Positions 13,263 through 27,005 of a stretch of DNA of 64,000 nucleotides are shown piece after piece. The notes beneath the pieces are model-generated. The model had not been told where the DNA came from and did no database searches. It saw only the letters and a list, made by a program, of their open reading frames with translations. The stretch covers positions 125,714-189,713 of the forward strand of contig JAQGDQ010000406.1 of NCBI GenBank assembly GCA_030141605.1. Reading direction: 5' to 3'. The position numbers and the translations under genes were made by a program. Numbering within the stretch: position 1 is the first letter of the stretch; every line of letters begins with the position of its first letter. This stretch comes from Tubiluchus corallicola (lineage: Eukaryota > Animalia > Priapulida).

Positions 13263-13342
13263 CTTTGAACAACTGTTCGTTTGCATGGCACATCTGTTAA
13301 ACTGCTGATTATCTCAATACCTCGGCCTGCTGACAAGTTGGG
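13263..13342 (-). CDS. TTLL4: TTLL4-like ligase exon (ATP-grasp loop)
   Basis: Reads PNLSAGRGIEIISSLTDVPCKRTVVQ; phase 0 to 2. Confidence 0.9.
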
Positions 13343-13625
13343 CTGCAAAGGATTTAGACACAAAAATCGTCAAAAATGTAACAACATGTAAAATAAATTG
13401 ATTGCTGCTCCACATAAACTAAGAAAGTAGGGCCACAACTTAGTGAGTCTAGTGATTCTGATAAGTTGGGCGTTAAATCTTTTAGATACAGAAAATGCGA
13501 CTGTTGGCTGACATTATCACTTGGTGCAAAAAAGATGTCAATTTATACAGGCATTTCAAAGCATTTATTGTTAAAACAACACATCTTTTATTAAAAAAAA
13601 TTCAATTTACAACTGTTTAAAAAAC

Positions 13626-13673
13626 GTGTACAAACGTTTCGACAGTAATCAGCTGTCATCATCAGTGGTACAC
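13626..13673 (-). ncRNA. Minimal type I hammerhead ribozyme motif (PLE-type)
   Basis: gtgtacca-CTGATGA-t-gacag(ctgatta)ctgtc-GAAACGTT-tgtacac: intact core, stem II, stem I and palindromic AACGTT. Confidence 0.65.
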
Positions 13674-14494
13674 TACACAGACAACAACCAGTCTATATAG
13701 GCAGAGCCTACAGTATAGAAAAAACTTCACAAATCACAAATTTCATGAAGGAGTATAATACAATATAAAGTTTTTTTATAATTTCTGACAGGATTCCAAT
13801 GTGATTAACTGACTTAACCATCAAAAATATCTTGATAAATTTTTTTTCAGCCAAATATCACCATACAGTCTGTTTTCAAAAAATGTGTATTTACCCAAGC
13901 AGGTAATTGGTTCCCGGTCTTTGCAAGTGAAAGACAAATTTTTAAGCAACTGTACCCCAATATTTAGCTATGATTGTGTTGAAACCTGGCAATAGTTTAT
14001 GTTCTTTCTGCCCATTTAAAGACAAAATACCCAGATTCTTACAGTCTGGTATTATATTATAGATTTCAGGTTAGCAGCTGCAATGCTGCTTACCATGACA
14101 AAATGTCCAGATAGTAAGTATGTGTGAACATTGGGTATTTCGTCTAGAACTGGCAAAAAAATAAAAATTCTCCTCAATCCAGCATTAATAACTATATTTG
14201 GCCACAAAGATTTCAATCATTTGAACACTGTGACCAGAACTACAAATAAACGGGACTTATTAACATAAGAAAGTTTATGTATGCACTCTAACAAGACTTC
14301 TCTTAATGTGCAAAGTTGTTCAATTCCATTAACTTTATTTTCAAACACTTAGCATTTCAAACATTTGTTACTGTATATATTTCTTTTCTACAAGTCCGTC
14401 TACTCACTACTTTGGCTTTTTTATAAACGTAATTAAGTGCATAATTTTTCTATACTGCAGGCTCTGCCTATATAAACGGGTTGTTATTTGTATA

Positions 14495-14540
14495 GTGTAC
14501 CACTGATGATGACAACTGATTACTTTCGAAACGTTTGGAC
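14495..14540 (+). ncRNA. Degenerate hammerhead motif
   Basis: CTGATGA...CGAAACGTT core present, but stems I and II are mismatched. Confidence 0.4.
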
Positions 14541-14810
14541 TTGTTTTTCAGACAGTTGTAAATTAAAGTTTTTTAAATAAAAGATGTGTTGTTTTGATAA
14601 TAAAAGATCTACCACATTGCACATGGACATTGGTAACAGAGAATGAAAATAATATCTACGCATTTCTAACTTATTTTAAAGACATGTTCAGACATGTATC
14701 AGATGTACGACTGTATTATTTGTGTTGTTTATTCCAGAACTATTGAAAGCTATTGAGTAGCAAGGCCAAACTCTCTAGTTATGCAACTGCCTATTACTAT
14801 TTCTACAAAC

Positions 14811-14996
14811 CGGTTTCATGATCCACAGTCTGTCTGGATGGTTTGCCACAAACTTTCGATATTCTCTCAGTTCTTCTGGTAAAATGAAGGTTAGGGGCAT
14901 GAAGTTAAACTCTTCTGGTCCAAACTTGGAACGCATCGCTTTGTAGTTCCTCCACAGGTTATCCTTACGCATGTTTTGTCCAGGAAAATGATCGTA
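14811..14996 (-). CDS. TTLL4: TTLL4-like ligase exon
   Basis: Reads YDHFPGQNMRKDNLWRNYKAMRSKFGPEEFNFMPLTFILPEELREYRKFVANHPDRLWIMKP; phase 0 to 0. Confidence 0.96.
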
Positions 14997-17147
14997 CTGT
15001 AAAAAATAATTATGTATTATATGATCAGAAATACTAATATCTGCATAGGCTACTGCATGATTAATCAAGTTAAAGATGTCAAAAAGCTAAAGTGGGAGAA
15101 AGCCATAAATGAACAGGGGCAAGCCTTAAATAGGAACAATTATAATGATTAAATGTTAAAAATACGTTTATATATACTTTTGAAAACTTGTGTAGCGAAG
15201 CAATCATTTACTGATACACTGCAGATGTAATTCAGATTCTGCAAAAACCGAAAAATGGGGGTCGGAAGCAGAAATGCATCGAGTGTCTATGAATAGTACC
15301 ATAACCATGTAGCATATCAAATGAAAAGTTCCATGAGACGAATTGAATGGCATAGATTACAATGAGAATGGTTAACCTGCGACCCCACTAGGGGGCAAAA
15401 TAGGGGTTGAAGAGACAGTGTCTTCCAGTGTCAACCGAAACTGGCTTGTAAGTATATCAAATGAAAGGTTTCAATGAGGCAAACTAAATGATGTAATTTA
15501 TGTCGAGATTGATTGACCTTTGACCCTTTTGTGACAGGCTGAACAGTTAAATGCACTTCCTGTGTATTCCGAAAGGGGAATTCAATAAAAGAATATAAGC
15601 ACTTTCAAAAAAGCTTGTCGTATATTCATTTTTGTGGCTCAATTTTTTAACTATTGTTTGCAAAACCTTCAGTTTCTAACTCAACGTTCACGAAAACAAA
15701 GAAAATTTTCTAATGAAAAGTTAGGTCCAACGAAAATTAAGTTTTTTGGTACAGTTCGAAAATCTACGAGATAAAGGCAGGGCCTACTTAAAGCACAAAA
15801 AACCTCCATTTACATAATGCTTAAAAATTTCATCTTGAAATTTTATACCATTTACATACTTGCTTTTGCAGAGCAGTAACTCTGTATAAAACATGTAAAT
15901 TTAAACTCCCTTGATGACCGTTAGACGCAGCCATTTTGACGATATGTAATTTGAAATGAGTTTAGATAAAACTCATTAAACTTAGAAAAATAGTCAGAGC
16001 ATTCGTAGCGCACACGTCACAAAATAAGTATTTTAAATTTCTGTATCTTGGCAATAAGATTAAAAATACCGTTTTTGCTTAGCGAGTGCCACCCTGGAGG
16101 TGAGTCAACAACATTTTACCAATTGGTGAAAGCGTTTTGAATAATTAATATTTTTCTTTTCTAGTTACATAAGTCTTTCAAGCAAGTAAGCAAAATGCTA
16201 AGTAACACAACTTTGCATTGAAACTTTTTTGGTATATAATTTAACATTTCATTTTCTTCCTGTGATTTACGTTGTGCGTATATGACGTCATGTAATGGCG
16301 TGGTCGGACTAGTATTGCAGGAGATGCTGTCACCCGTAATCATATACATTGCATACCGAGTGCGCATTGCCAGTAACGCTGGATGAAACATTAAAATTTA
16401 AATTCCCGAGCTGACCGTTAGGTGGAGCCATTTTAACGGGTAAGTCGTTAGTGAAATAAAGCTAAGATAACATTGTAAAAAAGAAAAAAGAACATTACTA
16501 ACATACTTCACCAACTAAGCAAACACATAAATTACTTTATCTTGTTAATAAGATTAATAATGTGTTTTTTGTGAGCCAGTGACGTTTTTGTGCTCACGGG
16601 GATAATGAAACAGTGGCGTTTACGAGTTGATGCAAATATTTTAAATCACTTTTCACTTTCGTTTTATGTATAAATCTTTCAAACAGGTAAGCACAATTCC
16701 TAGTAATAATATCTTTGCAAGGAAAGTTTTTTGGATATACTTTAAGACATCCTTTTATAGGAAAACTCCCTTTTCTGCCGCATTAATCTGGCTGGTTATC
16801 GTGACACCAGAAATGGCTCATTATCAGGAATGATCGTCAGCTTAAGATAAGTCACTGGCACAGGTCTTAAAATATTGACGGAAATATATATCTTCCCACA
16901 ACGAGGTAAATAGACGATAAAAGCATGGCAGATACAACCAGCAAAAAACGTTCCTAGATTCACCAATCCATTTATAGACTAAACCCAGCCTTGTTTAACT
17001 TTGGCCGATAAAGGCACAAGGACTATTACTTTCCGCACCAGCTGTTGTTTAATGACTGCCTGCCTCCGCTCAAAAATCATATTCACCCAGACAAAGGAAA
17101 ACATTAAGACTTTGTCCTGCTAAAGTTATTCATTATAGTTTTCTTAC

Positions 17148-17233
17148 CTTTTGATAGTGCTTTAAGTGTCTATAGCTCTTGCTGCTGATTCGATAGCACC
17201 AGCAACCCAACCACCTATTGTCGAGTTTATATT
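17148..17233 (-). CDS. TTLL4: TTLL4-like ligase exon
   Basis: Reads EYKLDNRWLGCWCYRISSKSYRHLKHYQK (TTLL4 WLGCW...HQK); phase 1 to 0. Confidence 0.9.
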
Positions 17234-17586
17234 CTAAAAGGAATAAAAATACACGATATATGCCATATAAAACTGCAATCTTATTTAAACGAGCGCATGG
17301 AGGTTGGGAAAAAAGACCTCAACTAGCCCTCTTCAAAATCAAAAATACACAGCAAAAATCAAAAGTGCACAACAAGAAACCGAAAGTGCACAACAAGAAG
17401 TCAATCTTTTCTGTTTCCAATTACATAAGCATTTCACACAGGTAAGTGTTCTACTAAGTAAAAACGTTGTCAGATGAGTTGTTGGGGGCTACTCTTTCGG
17501 GACTTTTAACCGGGTTTAAACCTGTAGGAATTCTTGAAAGGAAACGTGCAAGGAACAATGTGACATTCTATGAAGACCACACCTAC

Positions 17587-17694
17587 CTATTAAATGAAAA
17601 TTGGAATGCCAGAGAATAGCTTCTGCAAAAGCTGATTCATTTCTCCCAATCCTAAACTTCAAAAGCTTCTTCATGTGCACAGGAAGTTCGTCAG
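17587..17694 (-). CDS. TTLL4: TTLL4-like ligase exon
   Basis: Reads ADELPVHMKKLLKFRIGRNESAFAEAILWHSNFHLI; phase 1 to 1. Confidence 0.85.
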
Positions 17695-17744
17695 CTGTAA
17701 GAGTGAAAAGAAACCTCAGAAAAAGCGTTTTAAACATATTACAT

Positions 17745-18130
17745 TACATAGTCAAAAGGCCAAAAGATCAAAGGTCAATGTCCTGAGTAAACATGGTGTG
17801 TTGCGAGTTCAAAAGGTCAAATATCATTGTTGAAGAGGACATCATAAACTGTGAGCTGGCAAGTCATTATTCAATATTAGACGTGAATATGGTACTTTAC
17901 ATGGTAAAAAGTTCAAAGGTCAATGTCAGGGGTAAACATCGTATATTCGAGTTTAAATGGTCAAATGTCATTGTTGCTGGTAGACATGATACACTGTGAG
18001 CTGACAAGTCAAAGTTCAATATTATAATTGAATACTGCACAATACATGGTAAATAGGTCAAAGGTTAATATCAGGAATAAACATGTTAATATTGCGAGGC
18101 CAAAAGGTCAAAGTCAAAGGTAAAGATGGT
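17745..18130. repeat. Degenerate tandem repeat rich in AAAGGTCAA
   Basis: Repeated aaaaggtcaa..gtcaatgtc..taaacat motifs. Confidence 0.6.
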
Positions 18131-19052
18131 ATTTAAGACTTATACGTCTGTTTATAGGAAATATATCTCAAAACTAAATAATCGGAAATTACTAAAATTT
18201 TCAAACTTAATTTGCTTTTAATGAATACTAGGACTAAATTTTAATGGCAAAAATTTTGATAGGAAAAGGAGAATAAGACTTAATTAAAATTTTATCAGTT
18301 GGACGAAATTGAACCGTTTATATATGCACATGCCACCTAGTTGAGGCAAACATTTTACAGTGCAGCTGACAAGTTGCTTTTTTAATAATGAGCAACCACA
18401 TTCAGGTCACTTGTAATGTTTTTGGGACAGCAAAACATGAAAGCTTAATACCGTAATGCTCAGCAAACCTTGACTTGCACTCTTTAAAGTCCCTGTCAGC
18501 AACGGTAGCTCGTGTATTGGTACTGTAGTACTGCAGCACCCCCTGTTTTCGCTCATTATTATCGATAATATTCAATATAATAAGTCTTTTTCTTTAGTTC
18601 TTTCTTTATACTTGTACGGAAAAAGGGCATGCAGTGTAGTACTGTTTGCTTCGTAGCTCAAGCAACATGGTGTTTGGCTATTGTGCGCATGCGGCCAGGC
18701 GCACATGTCTGATATAAGATGCTGTACTAGAAATAGTAATGTCATATTCATATGGGGATATTCTTGAACTGTGCCAATTTAGGCTATTCGCAAAAAAACA
18801 ATATTTTTTGTTTAGGAGTTTATTAAAGTTACGTTTATCTTAATTTGTTTGTTTAAAATTACAATTAAATCATAAAAATTACATATGTTTGTTTCGTTTT
18901 ACACAGTATTAAAACAATGGCTAAAAATTTCAATTTTCCAGCACAACACCAAATTTTAGCTATGAGCTGCCACTGCCTGTCAGTAAAAATGGTGGATTCC
19001 TGTAGCTATAACTATACTACTCAGACAATAAGTATTATGTGAGCAATTTTAC

Positions 19053-19193
19053 CTATTTGACCAGGTAAAGCGAAGTTGATTACAGGTGTGACATTGGAGA
19101 AGAGACTGGGGATAAGTGCTGGAATTCTTCTCGGACATACGTCTGCTAGTGAAAAATTGTTCGACTGATGAGAGGAAAGGTCTTTCCATATTT
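19053..19193 (-). CDS. TTLL4: TTLL4-like ligase exon
   Basis: Reads EIWKDLSSHQSNNFSLADVCPRRIPALIPSLFSNVTPVINFALPGQI; splices in phase 1 to ADELP. Confidence 0.85.
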
Positions 19194-19283
19194 CTGAAAT
19201 CAAATTTGTTCTATGAATTAATTCAAATTTACGAAAAGAAAAAGTCATCAAATGTTTCTAAGAAATAACACTGTCATATATAC

Positions 19284-19384
19284 CAGATTCAATTACACGA
19301 TGATCATTATTGATATTACAAATCTCGCCCGTTTCATAACAGTTCCATTTGGCAATAAAAGTAGTAAAAATTGTGGTATAAATA
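19284..19384 (-). CDS. Tentative 5' exon of TTLL4-like gene
   Basis: Open frame, phase 2 to 1, conserved with paralog A; acceptor is weak. Confidence 0.4.
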
Positions 19385-19469
19385 CTTGTGATTTTAAGTA
19401 GATAGAACATCTGTTATTAAAACAACACACGTTTTATTAAAAACTTTAATATACAACTGTTTAAAAAGC

Positions 19470-19517
19470 ATGTCCAAACGTTTCGACAGCAATCAGCTGT
19501 CATCATCAGTGGGACAC
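19470..19517 (-). ncRNA. Minimal type I hammerhead ribozyme motif within a Penelope-like fragment (~19410-19920)
   Basis: gtgtccca-CTGATGA-t-GACAGC(tgatt)GCTGTC-GAAACGTT-tggacat: perfect 6-bp stem II and intact core. Confidence 0.7.
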
Positions 19518-19994
19518 TATACAAACAACAACCGGTTCATATGCGCTGAACCTACACTATGGGAAGATTTTATTATGCACCAAATATTACAAAGAAGCCA
19601 AAGTAATTACTAAACAGGCCTGTAAAAAGAAATAGATACAGCAACTGACAGCTAAATGTTTGAAAATAAAGCTAATGGAATTGAACTACTTTACCCGTTA
19701 AGAGAAATGCTGAAACTATTAAAATTGGCTTTGTGGCTAAATATGGTCATTAATGCTGGATTGAACGGAATTTTTTAATTTCTTGCCAGTTCTAGACGAA
19801 ATATCCAAATGTTCACAAATTCTTACTTTACAGTGTCCGAACGTTTTGCCATAGTAAGTAGCTTTGCAACTCCTACATCCATAAATAACACCAGACTTTA
19901 AGAATGTGGGTATTTCAAAATACTTGTATGTAAACTTGCATATATAATAAAATAACTTCTTGTATATAAACTAAAACAACGACTTAGTACATAC

Positions 19995-20018
19995 CTGTAC
20001 TTCCATTCAGGTGGAAAA
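19995..20018 (-). CDS. Tentative 24-nt microexon of TTLL4-like gene (start codon not located)
   Basis: Strong acceptor (ttttttgttctaactgcag) and CAG|GTATGT donor; reads FPPEWKY in phase 2. Confidence 0.4.
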
Positions 20019-20412
20019 CTGCAGTTAGAACAAAAAACAAACACAAGCAAGAATTCATTTACTCTCTCATGCAAAATAATGCAGGTAAGTATAAGCAAGT
20101 TCAACTTCCGCGAGACAATTAAGACCTATATGTGTCTAGAAATGTTACGAATGAGCCGTGGCCTACGTAAGGTCAAAGAGTCATTCTTTTCCGGTTCGTG
20201 CTGTATTTAGATACAGTAAACAAGTGTCCTATTTCTTAGCCTATAAGCGGGGTCATGAAAAACTCTGCTAGTGTAAAATGTAGTTGTTGAAAAACACGAC
20301 TAAAGTGCGAGTTATAAAAAGCGCTATAATAGGGAAGCACATTAGTACATCTAAAAGGAAGAAAATAATGCTACTAACACTCCATTGTGTCTATGTACCA
20401 CAGTAGCTGTGC

Positions 20413-20487
20413 TAGCAGCAGCAGCAGCAGCAACAGTAGTAGTAGTAGTAGTAGTAGTAATAGTATTATTATTATTATTATTATTAT

Positions 20488-20559
<72 letters not shown>

Positions 20560-20826
20560 CGGTAGTGGCATTGGCACTGGCAGTAGCAGCAGCAGCGGCA
20601 GCAGCAGCAGTAGCAGTAGTAGCAGCAGCAGTAGCAGCAGTAATAGCAGCAGCAGTAGCAGCAGCAACAGCGGCAGCAGCAGAAACAGAAACAGAAGCAG
20701 CAGCAGCAGTAGCAGCAGTAATAGCAGCAGCAGCAGCAGTAGCAGTAGCAGCAGCAGCAGAAGCAGTAGCAGAAGCAGTAGCAGCAGTAGCAGCAGCAGC
20801 AACAACAGTAGCAGCAGCAGCAGCAG
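20413..20826. repeat. Compound (CAG)/(TAG)/(TAT) microsatellite
   Basis: Read directly. Confidence 0.95.
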
Positions 20827-21341
20827 TATGTTTATGTGCGCTCTCTACTATTTTTTGCATAACTGTCATTTTAAATTCACTTTGAATATGCCATCTGAAG
20901 CCTTCCCTGTCACTAGACTTAAACGCTTGAAGCGTACAGAGAAATGAACAGCGCATGCTCACAAACCACGCTGAATTCTCTTACAGGAAGATTTATTAGG
21001 ACAGGATGTGTTGACCAATGCGTCTATTGTACACTATGCATAAATACTATGTTGTTGTGTGCATTTTTCATTAGATTTATACTATGTTGTTGTGTGCATT
21101 TTTCATTAGATATTATCATTTAAATTGGATTATTTAATACATTCGTATTCGATCAGAAAAAATACGTTCTGAGCTAAAGGGTGGTAGGAATGTTTCAGCA
21201 AATGGGATCAAATTAGGAGCCAAATTAATTTTTGACCTACTTCGTTTTGCTGTTCGTTTTTCTGAAATTTCATATAAGGAAACCTTTGCTTGCTTTTACT
21301 TGAAATTTTGAATTTCGAAGAAGAAACAGAATAGATAGATA

Positions 21342-21759
21342 ATGACGTTAGAGAAAGCGGTTGAAATGTCTGCAGATACGAAATCAACGGAGTGTCGCCG
21401 GAAATGTGTGGCCTTCTTGTTCTCCCACTTTGGTTTGTGCGCTCTGGTCATCGGCTACTGCGTGATGGGGGCAGCCACGTTTCAAGCCCTGGAGGGTCAG
21501 CACGAACTGACCAGACGTGTGGAAGTGATGAGACTTCGAGACGACACCGTGCAGAGATTGTGGAACATGACCTTGCAATTCAACGTCCTCTTCCGACAGA
21601 ATTGGACCGTAGAAGCCAGAGAACATCTCAGAGATTTCCAGCAGGATGTTGTCAGCAAAGTGAAGGAGGGCTATGATGGGAAGGATGAGGAAGACGCTGC
21701 TAACCAGTGGTCATTCTCGGGGGCTTTTCTCTATTCACTAACTGTCATAACTACAATTG
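21342..21759 (+). CDS. TWIK-family two-pore-domain (K2P) potassium channel, exon 1
   Basis: M1 (FLFSHFGLCALVIGYCVMGAATFQALE), cap helices, and pore 1 WSFSGAFLYSLTVITTI-G; phase-1 donor G|GTAGG. Confidence 0.95.
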
Positions 21760-22279
21760 GTAGGTAGACCGATGGGTATTATAGAATAGTCTGTTCAATT
21801 ATTATTATTGTTGTTGTTGTTGTTATCATTATTGTTATTATTACTATTTCTATTACTATTATTATCTGTATCACTAATTTCGGTTGTTTCTACAATACAT
21901 TATATATATATATGTATAAAAGATTCGAGGCTACAGCTTTCTGGACGGCACCATTTTCGGCGATCTAGATATTAGATATCAAACAAAGGCCTCGATCCAG
22001 TCCTTTACCGCTGGGGGTTTGTTTTTCGAATTGGGCCCACTGGGAGTAATGGGGGGGGGGCGAAAAACCTCACCTTTTGCCCATTTTTTTTTGCAAAACT
22101 TATACCTCTTATTTCTAGACATTGGGAAAGGGCCGGGGGCGGTGCTGGTAATGGCTAGATAGTAGGTAATGGTAATGGTGTAGTAGGCATATTTAGATTT
22201 CGCTGGGAAGCCACGGTTCTTGTAAGAAATTGCCTCAGAAAGATTTTTAACAGAAAAATTACAGTTACTATTTAGTTAC

Positions 22280-22750
<471 letters not shown>

Positions 22751-23516
22751 TTTACAATTTCTTCTATATAAATACAGTGCCAACATTTCATCCATTTCTG
22801 AAAGTAGCGCGTAAGTTACGTAAAAAATCGTTTTATATTTAAACAACGCGCGGAAAAAGCGAGCGGAACAGCGCCCTGTGTGTGAACTGAGCTTAATAAC
22901 AGCCTAAATCTAATGCCGTCTCAGTGCCGCCAGTGCTTTGCAACTGTCTCTCGTAATACAAGCTAATTGTGTTTATTCCAGATTAAATCAACATTGGCTA
23001 GATGAATAGATGGGCTGGCGGAGATGAACTGTGTATTAATATGTCAGGATAAGTGGTAAATTTGTTCTAGATGATGTTCTGCTTTAAGCCATGAATGAAT
23101 CTGCGTGCAATGAAATCAGACTGTTATTATAGAAGCCGCGCTGGGGGTTTGTTAATAATGGACAAATGTGATTAATGGCGGAGATTAGAGACTATAAGAG
23201 TGCAGTAGTTATGCTTTTGAATATTCGTATAATAAAAAACATTAAAGCCTCCTAAAAGTCAAACCTTCTAAGAGGATTCTCTTATTTTCTTTCTTTTAGT
23301 TCTTTTTATTTTATGTATTACTAATTATTTCTTTGTATTTTATTTTATTTAAAGAGTGAGAGAAAGGGAGCGGCACAGAGAGAAAGAAAGAGAGAGAAAG
23401 ATATACAGGAGGTTACTTTTATTTCGTTTTTTTATTTCTTATTTTATTTCTATTTATTATACATATTATATATTATATATTTCTTTACATTTTATTTTAA
23501 TTAAACAGAGAAAGAA

Positions 23517-23556
<40 letters not shown>

Positions 23557-24745
23557 AGAGAGATATAGATAGCGAGAAAGAGAAAGAAAAAGAGAGGTTT
23601 CTAGAAGGTTACCCTGATTTGCTATGTTTTATTTTGTGGACCACTTCGGAAATAACTAATAGTTTTGTAAACGTTGGTTAAAGTGTTACTTACGTTAAAA
23701 TAGAGAATTAATAATAATCATTATTTCGATGTTCGCGAAAAATGCTAGAAGGATTTAGTAATAAAACTGCAATAAGCGCCTCGTGTAACTAGTAAAATCA
23801 TTTTAAAGTCGCGATCACTTCATACTTGAGTGCTCCTATTTTCAACGTCCATTCTTCTTCCAATGACGTCATTCGTCTTGAAGAAATGTCGCGCACAATC
23901 ATTCTTCATCAAAAGTATAATAAGTTTTTACAAAAAATAGATAGCTAATTTTGTAATATTTTTTCGCGAACATTAGGTAAGCTGCAGAAATTTGAATTAA
24001 TTTCAGCAGTGCGCGGTTACGGGAAGCCACGATGGGCTTACGAAAAATCACGAAGCCTCCCAATTACGTCACAATTTTCGAACGCATTGTGGCAGCCACC
24101 AACCCTGCAAATTTCTATTCAGATGTAGTATTATTTAAATTTGTACTTTATACACTTTGTACTTTGTAATTTTTGTTAGATTTTTCTAAGTTTAAATGGT
24201 AACAGTAAAATGGACACAGTATACTGAGTGACTTGTTCTTTGCTTGAAGTTTGAGACCACTATTTATTTATTTAGTTAATTGTTTATTTATTTATTTATT
24301 TTAACATTTAAATTTCTGTTTATTTGGCATATAAACAGATAATAATGAAGACAAAATGAAAAGAAATCGAAGTAGAATTCATTCACTGCTCGGAAGTGGT
24401 CCTGACAAGTGTTTAGTTTTTTCTGGCTTGCCTATATTCCGTGACACTGCTGAATGGGCCTTTGGTTCTAGCGAGCGACCAGATTTTTGCGTCTAAATCG
24501 CTGATGGCTCGCCTTTGAGCCCCGAAGTGTGACTGAACAAGCTTCCGGAAACAGGTTTTAATAAATAATAAATAAAATAATAATAAATAAATAAATAATA
24601 AGCGCATTATTTCCCAAACGTAAAAATAAGTACAATTAACAAATCATAGAGTTAAATAAACAACGCATACAGGAACACGTCTCTACAAATAAGGGCTCTT
24701 TTTAATCGTAGATGATTAAAAAACACCATAGTTTATGACAAACAC

Positions 24746-24851
<106 letters not shown>

Positions 24852-24971
24852 GTAGATATACTTCACAGTGCTGATTGAATACATTCATTCTTAGCAAAAT
24901 TAATTCGTACCTCTTAATTTAGAATCACGTGATGTTGAAATTTTATGCACATAGTTAATCAACAATTTCTT

Positions 24972-25395
24972 AACTTCCACCTCTCCACTTTTGTTTAAAA
25001 ATATAAAGTTATCAATATCACACGTGGATGAAAATTCTGGAAAACTTCCACATCTTCACTTTTGTTTAAAAATACAAACTTATCAATATCACACGTGGAT
25101 GAAAATTCTGGAAAACTTCCACATCTTCACTTTTGTTTAAAAATACAAACTTATCAATATCACACGTGGATGAGAATTCTGGAAAACTTCCACGTCTCCA
25201 CTTTTGTTTAAAAATATAAACTTATCAATATCACACGTGGATGAGAATTCTGGAAAACTTCCACCTCTCCACTTTTGTTTAAAAATATAAACTTATCAAT
25301 ATCACACGTGGATGAGAATTCTGGAAAACTTCCACATCTCCACTTTTGTTTAAAAATATAAATTTATCAGTATCACACGTGGATGAGAATTCTGG
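24972..25395. repeat. 71-bp minisatellite (~6 copies) derived from a LINE 3' end
   Basis: AACTTCCAC at 24972, 25043, 25114, 25185, 25256 and 25327; continuous with a minus-strand EDEFHF..C..Y..R..FPEF..KFIFL LINE ORF2 tail. Confidence 0.85.
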
Positions 25396-25799
25396 GAAAA
25401 TACCTGATTTTTGCTTTAAGAACGCAGTCCTTTCTCGACAATAAACATTGCATTGCGTACTAAAGTGAAATTCATCTTCCGTGCTCCCATTCTTACGTAA
25501 AGTATATTTTCTCATGTCAACAGGTTTCACCTGTTCCCCAGATTCAAGGCCTTTGGCATCACGCTTGTTTACGTAAATTGTATTCTGGTTTAAAAGCGGT
25601 GTCGAGAAATGCGCCATAATGGTTGTGACTGTTGTTAGAATAGTAATTCCTGTTTGCACACACCAAATCACAACAGCGCAAATTAAATATTATCAATATA
25701 TCAGTCATGGACTAATAAAAGATTTAATTATTTGTGAAATCATAATTAAAATCACGATACCAACTCAAATCGAAATTAATGAAAGGTCAGGATTGTAAG

Positions 25800-26580
25800 A
25801 TTTCTCCATATTACCCAACTACCACATCTCATTTAAGGTTTTCGTTGCATAAGAAACATTTTTCATTTGGTAAACCTCCAATATCAGTGCATCATACGCG
25901 CATGAGAATCGGATTTTTTCAGCTAAACTATGACCTTTTCTCTAAAGGCTGTAAAGATAATAACGTAATCCGATATGGTCATCCAGTATTGATGAATTGT
26001 AACTGTGGATTTCGATTTGAGTCTGTTGAACACTTTTTGTTGCACTGCCCATTGTATCAACTAGCTAAGGTTATTATGTTTGATAAATTAAATGAAATAC
26101 TTCTGCCCGAAAACCTTAATATAGCTGCCTTAGGAACTAATGATCTGTTGAAGTTGTTATTATTCGGAAAAGATGAATCTAACTATGTTGCTAACTGTAA
26201 AATATTCCAATGTATACATGACTTTATATTACGTACTAAACGCTTCCAGTAGTTTCCATCTGATTTGAAATGCATCGGTCTTAAATAATCGTACATTAAT
26301 ATTTTCTAACCGTCATTTTCTACTAATGTCTAATGTAATCTTGTAGTAAAACTTGTCAGCTTGTGTAGTTATAGTCCATGTCACGTAAAATTTAATGTAC
26401 TTTTGTAATATTGTTTTGTAAAAATATTTTAATATGGTGTTTGTAAATATGTTCATTTATTGTATATAATTAGGCCTTAGTTTTGCACTTTTGTTTTTTT
26501 AGTATGCACTGGACGCATTTGTCTCGAACAGTTACTCTATTTTATTATAATAAGTGAACCATTTTAATGACAAATAAAAA
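25800..26580 (+). mobile_element. CR1/L2-group LINE 3' fragment
   Basis: HHTRMRIGFFQLNYDL...CNCGFRFESVEHFLLHCPLY C-terminal zinc-knuckle-type tail of a LINE ORF2; AATAAA near 26574. Confidence 0.75.
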
Positions 26581-26756
26581 AATTTATGTATATATATATA
26601 TATATATATATATTCTTACTGTAAATGTTTTTGTAAATAGTGTATAAAATCTGTTGTAGTGAAGATCCTAAATCATGTTGTTCAAACTGTCTGATCCAAT
26701 CCTATAATAAATTATGTTTAAACTAACAATTTGACTAATGGCTAATTAATTGAAGA

Positions 26757-26801
26757 ACGCACACACATGCACGCACGCACATACACGTGCTTGCGTGTCT
26801 T

Positions 26802-26849
<48 letters not shown>

Positions 26850-26945
26850 ACATGCACGCATGCACACACATATACACGCATACACACACGCACACACACA
26901 TGCACACACAAACACACACACACACACGTATGCACACACACATAT

Positions 26946-27005
<60 letters not shown>

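Larger units (their letters stand above)
13563..14604. mobile_element. Penelope-like element remnant with inverted pseudo-LTRs
   Basis: ~160-bp inverted arms (13563-13723 vs 14445-14604); a degenerate GIY-YIG remnant on + near 14025-14130. Confidence 0.7.
18270..20140. repeat. Segmental duplication, copy B
   Basis: Colinear with 1-2010. Confidence 0.9.
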
